From Bacillota bacterium (GTDB taxonomy: Bacteria; Bacillota; Halanaerobiia; Halanaerobiales; DATFIM01): a DNA stretch of 64,000 nucleotides. Position 1 is the stretch's first letter. Each line of letters opens with the position of its first letter. A program made the position numbers and the translations under genes. This document shows positions 60,157-64,000 of this stretch, piece by piece. The notes under the pieces were generated by a model. The model had not been told where the DNA came from and ran no database searches. It saw only the letters and a list, made by a program, of their open reading frames with translations. Location: contig JBNJDK010000003.1 of assembly GCA_051744805.1 (NCBI GenBank), positions 348 to 64,347 of the forward strand, written 5' to 3'.

Positions 60157-60588
60157 TTATATTCCCAATTCTTCCATTTGCTCTGCAATTTCTTCGTAAG
60201 AATCTTCAGCTTCAGACAAGTAACCATCCCATTTTTCATTAGACCAAAGTTCTATTCTATTTGCCAGTCCAATAATAACAGTTTCTTTTGCCAGATCAGC
60301 ATATTCTCGTAAGTTTTTTGGGATAGATATCCTTCCCTGTTTATCAAAAGTACATTCAGTAGCACCTGAGAAGAAAAATCTCACAAAAGTTCTTGATGAT
60401 TTTTTTGTTATTGGTAGAGAGGTTAATTTATTTTCTAATTTTTTCCATTCTTCTTTTGGATACACAAACAAACAGTTATCCAAACCTCTTGTCATAACAA
60501 ATTCTTCCCCCAAATCATCTCTAAAAGAGGCAGGAATAATCACTCTACCTTTTTTATCCATATTATGTTTATATTCTCCCATAAACAT
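60157..60588 (-). CDS. mraZ: Transcriptional regulator MraZ
   Basis: Begins MFMGEY and has two SpoVT/AbrB-like repeats (DKKGRVIIP and DKQGRISIP). Confidence 0.95.
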   Translation of the reverse strand: MFMGEYKHNMDKKGRVIIPASFRDDLGEEFVMTRGLDNCLFVYPKEEWKKLENKLTSLPITKKSSRTFVRFFFSGATECTFDKQGRISIPKNLREYADLAKETVIIGLANRIELWSNEKWDGYLSEAEDSYEEIAEQMEELGI

Positions 60589-60594
60589 ATAATA

Positions 60595-60639
60595 TCACCT
60601 TCTACCACATTGTCTCCACAAATCACCACTTTGTACCAC
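60595..60639 (-). promoter_or_regulatory. Array of direct GTGG repeats (putative MraZ operator) immediately upstream of mraZ
   Basis: The minus strand reads GTGGtacaaa GTGGtgattt GTGGagacaat GTGGtagaag GTGAtatt. The plus-strand CCAC motifs start at 60636, 60626, 60616 and 60605, with TCAC at 60595. Spacing is 10, 10, 11 and 10 nt. Confidence 0.7.
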
Positions 60640-60725
60640 TCTATTTCTTATATTCTTTGTAGCTAAAAAAAATCCTTTTTTTTAATGAAAGTTTTTTTAT
60701 TTTATCAATTAATTTTATATAAATA

Positions 60726-60758
60726 AGAAAAAAGGATTAATCGGTAACCGATTAATCC
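60726..60758 (-). terminator. Rho-independent terminator after dinB
   Basis: The minus strand reads GGAUUAAUCGG-UUA-CCGAUUAAUCC (a perfect 11-bp stem), followed by UUUUUUCU. Confidence 0.85.
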
Positions 60759-60789
60759 CCTTAAAATAAATATTATGATATTTTTAAAA

Positions 60790-61989
60790 TTAATCTTCTT
60801 TTTTATTTTTTGCTTTGCTTTTATGATTATAAATCAAATCTATACCTCTTCTAAGACTCTTACTACCAAACCTATCTTTTATTTCAAAAATGGTTTTATC
60901 CAGTTTTTCTTTTTTTATATTTTTTTCAAATAAAGAAAGTTGTTGCTTTTTATCAGGTGATAGGTTGGAAACTCCAATCCCTAATAATCTAATTGGTTTA
61001 GCAAGCAATTTGTTTTTTATTAATAGTTTTTTAGCAGTATCATATATTATGTCAGTATCATTAACATAATTTTTTAAAGTTTTTCTTCTAGTATAAGTTT
61101 TAAAATCTGAATATCTAACTTTAATAAAAACTGTCTTACCTTTTAAATTTTTATTATGTAATCTTTCCGACACTTTTTCAGTCATTCCCATAAGAGCAGA
61201 AAATATATTTAATTTAGAACTTAAATTTTCTGAAAAAGTTTCTTCCTGACTAATTGATTTAATTTCTTCTTCAGGAACAACCTCTCTTTTATCTTTTCCC
61301 CTTGCCAGATTATAAAGTTTTATACCCAATTTACCAAACTGACTTTCTAATTCTGTCTCAGGAATATTTTTTAACATACCTATTGTTTTTACTCCCTGTT
61401 CGTGAAGAAGTTTTTCGGTTTTTTCGCCTACTCCCCATAACATACCAATAGGTAAATCAGATAAAAAATCATCAACTTCTTCATGATAAATTATTTTAAA
61501 TCCATCGGGTTTATTAATAGTTGATGCTAACTTTGCTAGAAATTTATTTTTAGAAATTCCAACAGAAGCAGTTAAACCTACTTTATTTTTAATTTCTTTT
61601 TTAATTTTTTTTCCTATTTCTTCACTCGAACCAAATAATTTATGACAACCTTTTAAATCTAAAAAAGCTTCATCAATAGAAATTTTTTCTACTAGAGGGG
61701 TATATTTATGAAAAATTTTATGTATATCTTTTGAAATTTCTTTATATCTTTCCATTCTTCCTGAAAGATAAATTCCATCTGGACAAAGTTTTTTAGCTTT
61801 AAATATAGGCATTGCAGAATGAACACCATATTTTCTTGCTTCATAAGAAGCGGTAGATACTACTCCTCTGTTATTTTTATCTACCCCTCCTACGATAACA
61901 GGTTTTCCTTCAAGTTCAGGTTTATCCATTATCTCTACAGAAGCAAAAAAGGCGTCCATATCTATATGCATTATATTAACTTTTTTCAT
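60790..61989 (-). CDS. dinB: DNA polymerase IV (Y-family)
   Basis: Contains HIDMDAFFASVE, SIDEAFLD and the little-finger domain. The ATG at 61989 lies 6 nt after AGAGGGGA. Confidence 0.93.
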   Translation of the reverse strand: MKKVNIMHIDMDAFFASVEIMDKPELEGKPVIVGGVDKNNRGVVSTASYEARKYGVHSAMPIFKAKKLCPDGIYLSGRMERYKEISKDIHKIFHKYTPLVEKISIDEAFLDLKGCHKLFGSSEEIGKKIKKEIKNKVGLTASVGISKNKFLAKLASTINKPDGFKIIYHEEVDDFLSDLPIGMLWGVGEKTEKLLHEQGVKTIGMLKNIPETELESQFGKLGIKLYNLARGKDKREVVPEEEIKSISQEETFSENLSSKLNIFSALMGMTEKVSERLHNKNLKGKTVFIKVRYSDFKTYTRRKTLKNYVNDTDIIYDTAKKLLIKNKLLAKPIRLLGIGVSNLSPDKKQQLSLFEKNIKKEKLDKTIFEIKDRFGSKSLRRGIDLIYNHKSKAKNKKED

Positions 61990-62012
61990 GTGAAATCCCC
62001 TCTAAAATATTA

Positions 62013-63023
62013 TTAAGAAAAATAATCTAAATTCATTACTTCTTTTGTTTCTTTCATAGTTTCTTTAGCAATTTTTCTTGCTCTTTTTGTTCCAGAATAT
62101 AAAATTTCATCCACTAATTTAGGATTGTTTTCATATTTAGCTCTTCTTTCTCTCATTGGATCAAGTAATTCATTTAATTTATTAGTTAATCTATTTTTGC
62201 AAGCCACACATCCAATTTCTCCAGCTCTACATTTCTTTTCAATTTCTTCCTCATTTTCGCTATTAAATGCCTGGTGGTATTCAAAAACTGTACAAACTTC
62301 AGGATGACCGGGATCATCGATTTTTATTCTTTCAGGATCTGTTACTGCTTTATTAATTTTTTCTTTTACAGTTTCAGCAGAATCAGAAAGAAAAATAGCA
62401 TTATTTAAACTTTTACTCATTTTATTTTTACCATCTAATCCTGATAATCTAGGAAAATCACCAATTAAAGCTTCGGGTTCAGGAAAAACTTCACCATATA
62501 GATTGTTAAATTTACGGACTATATGTCTGGTTTGTTCTATATGTGGTAATTGATCTTCTCCTACCGGAACTAAATCTGCTTTACAAAAGGTTATATCAGC
62601 AGCCTGACTAACTGGATAACCTAAAAATCCATAACTCATGTCTTCATAACCATATTGTTCAGATTCAGATTTGATGGTAGGATTACGTCTAAGTTGATTT
62701 ACTGTAACAATCATAGAATAATATACAGTAAGTTCAGCTATTTCAGGTATCATTGATTGAATCAAGATAGTAGTTTTTTCTGGATCTATACCAACAGCTA
62801 AATAATCTTTTGCTACCTGTCTAACATCTTTAGAAATTTTATCTGGTGTTTCAAAATTAGTTGTTAATGCCTGAACATCAGCAATAATTAAAAAAGTCTC
62901 ATATTTGTTTTGTAATTTTACTCTATTTTTCAAACTACCAACATAATGTCCTAAATGTAACTTTCCAGTTGGCCTATCACCAGTAAGAATTCTTTTTTGA
63001 TCTTCATTTTCTTTATTACTCAT
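62013..63023 (-). CDS. trpS: Tryptophan--tRNA ligase
   Basis: Has a HIGH-type motif (GKLHLGHYVG) and KMSKS. I set the start at the ATG at 63023 after GGGGTGA. Confidence 0.93.
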   Translation of the reverse strand: MSNKENEDQKRILTGDRPTGKLHLGHYVGSLKNRVKLQNKYETFLIIADVQALTTNFETPDKISKDVRQVAKDYLAVGIDPEKTTILIQSMIPEIAELTVYYSMIVTVNQLRRNPTIKSESEQYGYEDMSYGFLGYPVSQAADITFCKADLVPVGEDQLPHIEQTRHIVRKFNNLYGEVFPEPEALIGDFPRLSGLDGKNKMSKSLNNAIFLSDSAETVKEKINKAVTDPERIKIDDPGHPEVCTVFEYHQAFNSENEEEIEKKCRAGEIGCVACKNRLTNKLNELLDPMRERRAKYENNPKLVDEILYSGTKRARKIAKETMKETKEVMNLDYFS

Positions 63024-63174
63024 ATGTATCACCCCATAAATTATTTTCAAAATAAGTTTCTTTAATAATATCAAATTAATTCAACTTGTTCAACAAAAGC
63101 TATTTACTTCTTATATAATTTATAAAAAAATTAAAAATAATTATACTTGATTTTTAATGTAATATCTGTTAGAC

Positions 63175-63189
63175 TTATAATGATAATAA
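63175..63189 (+). promoter_or_regulatory. PerR/Fur-type 7-1-7 operator overlapping the -10 of the PerR-like gene
   Basis: TTATAATgATAATAA matches 14 of the 15 positions (13 of 14 specified) of the PerR consensus TTATAATnATTATAA, as I recall it. The embedded TATAAT is at 63176-63181. Confidence 0.6.
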
Positions 63190-63214
63190 TTATTAATAAC
63201 AAGGAGAGATTGAT

Positions 63215-63607
63215 ATGTCAAAAAATACTAGAATGACAAAACAAAGAAAAGCAATTCTAAATATATTAAAAAATACAGATATACATCCAACAGCTGATTG
63301 GATCTATGACCAAGTTAAAGAAGAAATCCCAAATATCAGTTTAGGTACTGTTTATAGAAATTTAAATGTATTAGAAGAAATGGGAGAAATAATGGTTCTT
63401 GATTATGGAAGTTCTTATAGTCGCTATGATGGAAATCCAAAAAATCATTACCATTTCAAATGTGAAAACTGTGGTCAGGTTTTTGACATAAACCACGAAG
63501 TAATTGAAGATTTAAACAAAAAAGTTGAAGAAAAAACTCCATTTAAAGTTAGTACCCATCGTTTAGAATTTTATGGTTTATGCCCAGAATGCCAAACTAA
63601 ACAATAA
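63215..63607 (+). CDS. perR: Fur-family metalloregulator, PerR-like
   Basis: Has HPTAD, NHYHFKCENCG and a C-terminal CPEC. It aligns well by eye with B. subtilis PerR, including the regulatory-site His and Asp positions. Confidence 0.8.
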   Translation: MSKNTRMTKQRKAILNILKNTDIHPTADWIYDQVKEEIPNISLGTVYRNLNVLEEMGEIMVLDYGSSYSRYDGNPKNHYHFKCENCGQVFDINHEVIEDLNKKVEEKTPFKVSTHRLEFYGLCPECQTKQ

Positions 63608-63627
63608 AAAATTCTATTGATAGTTAA

Positions 63628-63659
63628 AGCTGGAACATTAAAATGTTCCAGCTTTTTTA
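63628..63659 (+). terminator. Rho-independent terminator after the PerR-like gene
   Basis: AGCTGGAACAT-TAAA-ATGTTCCAGCT (a perfect 11-bp stem), followed by TTTTTT. Confidence 0.85.
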
Positions 63660-63684
63660 TTTGCTATAAAATTATTGCTTTTTC

Positions 63685-64000
63685 TCATGATATTTTTTCA
63701 ACTATTTTGTCCATTAATTTTATAAAACGAGGTTTGGTTTTTGCTGCAACTTCTATAACTTCTTCATGAGTTAAACTATCTTCAGGATTATCTTTAACAA
63801 TATCTGTTATACATGAAATAGCAAGATTTTGCATACCAGCATGAGTTGCAGCAATTAATTCAGGTACAGTTGACATACCTACAGCATCAGCACCTATTAA
63901 TCTTTGAAACTTACTCATCGCAGTAGTTTCATATACTGGACCTGTTATTGCTAGATATGTTCCATTCATAACATGTTCATCAATTTCTTCAGCAGCTTCA
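63685..64000 (-). CDS. punA: Purine nucleoside phosphorylase (PunA/PNP-I family), C-terminal part. The N-terminus lies beyond the window.
   Basis: Contains GPVYETTAM...GADAVGMSTVPE...ISCITD. The frame stays open upstream of the track's internal Met, to the window edge. Confidence 0.85.
   Translation of the reverse strand, partial: EAAEEIDEHVMNGTYLAITGPVYETTAMSKFQRLIGADAVGMSTVPELIAATHAGMQNLAISCITDIVKDNPEDSLTHEEVIEVAAKTKPRFIKLMDKIVEKIS

Noticed and set aside
1726-62307. ORFs of 60-117 aa on the strand opposite to well-supported genes: 1726-1953, 8284-8589, 19887-20099, 22509-22805, 27498-27764, 28047-28247, 28863-29054, 29580-29906, 30730-30954, 31526-31729, 31801-32049, 34336-34626, 36096-36311, 36786-36998, 37126-37317, 40562-40759, 41367-41558, 44988-45341, 46514-46771, 49093-49347, 49711-49908, 60130-60312, 61819-62016 and 62125-62307.
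   Set aside because: All lie fully inside strongly conserved genes on the other strand. Their composition is low-complexity and typical of antisense frames of AT-rich coding DNA (rich in F, L, I, S, K). None has a convincing SD.
63024-63214. I looked for a T-box leader upstream of trpS.
   Set aside because: The spacer is about 190 nt, shared with the divergent perR promoter, and very AT-rich. It has no AGGGUGGUACCGCG-like T-box sequence and no terminator.
1-64000. I searched by eye for tRNA or rRNA genes, CRISPR repeats, IS or transposase genes, integrases, phage genes, toxin-antitoxin pairs and defence-system genes.
   Set aside because: None found. All sizeable ORFs are accounted for by housekeeping functions, and intergenic regions are short (328 nt or less) and explained by promoters, leaders and terminators.

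Overview
The window is a visibly AT-rich, low-GC Firmicute-type chromosomal core region. I count 62 protein-coding genes, and 60 of them are on the minus strand. I saw no rRNA, tRNA, CRISPR array, IS element or prophage.

Gene blocks, in minus-strand (descending coordinate) order:
- trpS and dinB.
- A complete dcw division/cell-wall cluster: mraZ-rsmH-ftsL-PBP-murE-murF-mraY-murD-ftsW-murG-murC-ftsQ-ftsA-ftsZ.
- The ylm/divIVA cluster: pgeF, an HlyD-like gene, ylmE, sepF, yggT, ylmH, divIVA.
- ileS, preceded by a T-box leader.
- HAD hydrolase, DUF5665-like gene, lspA, rluD.
- An orphan radical-SAM gene.
- A PyrR-attenuated pyr operon: pyrR-pyrP-pyrB-pyrC-pyrF-pyrK-pyrD-pyrE.
- fprA, an EF-G paralogue, a Crp-family regulator, lnt and a prolyl oligopeptidase.
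- rqcH on the plus strand.
- remA-gmk-rpoZ-coaBC.
- lgt-tldD-pmbA.
- metK, a flippase-like gene, priA-def-fmt.
- A Zn-peptidase plus membrane-protein pair.
- rlmN-prpC-prkC.

Synteny is close to the Bacillus and Clostridia backbone. Three observations suggest a non-sporulating, outer-membrane-bearing Firmicute such as Halanaerobiales: lgt, lspA and lnt are all present, MurE carries a DNPR motif, and spoIIGA-sigE-sigG are absent after ftsZ. This lineage call is an inference.

I found no convincing novel multi-gene system such as a defence island or toxin system. The most unusual signals are at the level of gene expression:
- Two genes (lgt and a HAD hydrolase) have indispensable conserved N-termini that lie upstream of any ATG/GTG/TTG. 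Each can only start at an ATT codon behind a good Shine-Dalgarno (SD) sequence.
- A division-cluster HlyD-like gene is split from its own SD/ATG and signal-anchor by an A10 homopolymer in a -1 configuration.
- There is a clear array of GTGG repeats in front of mraZ.
- A PerR-type box overlaps the -10 of a PerR-like gene.
- Two PyrR attenuators share the same deviations from the consensus.
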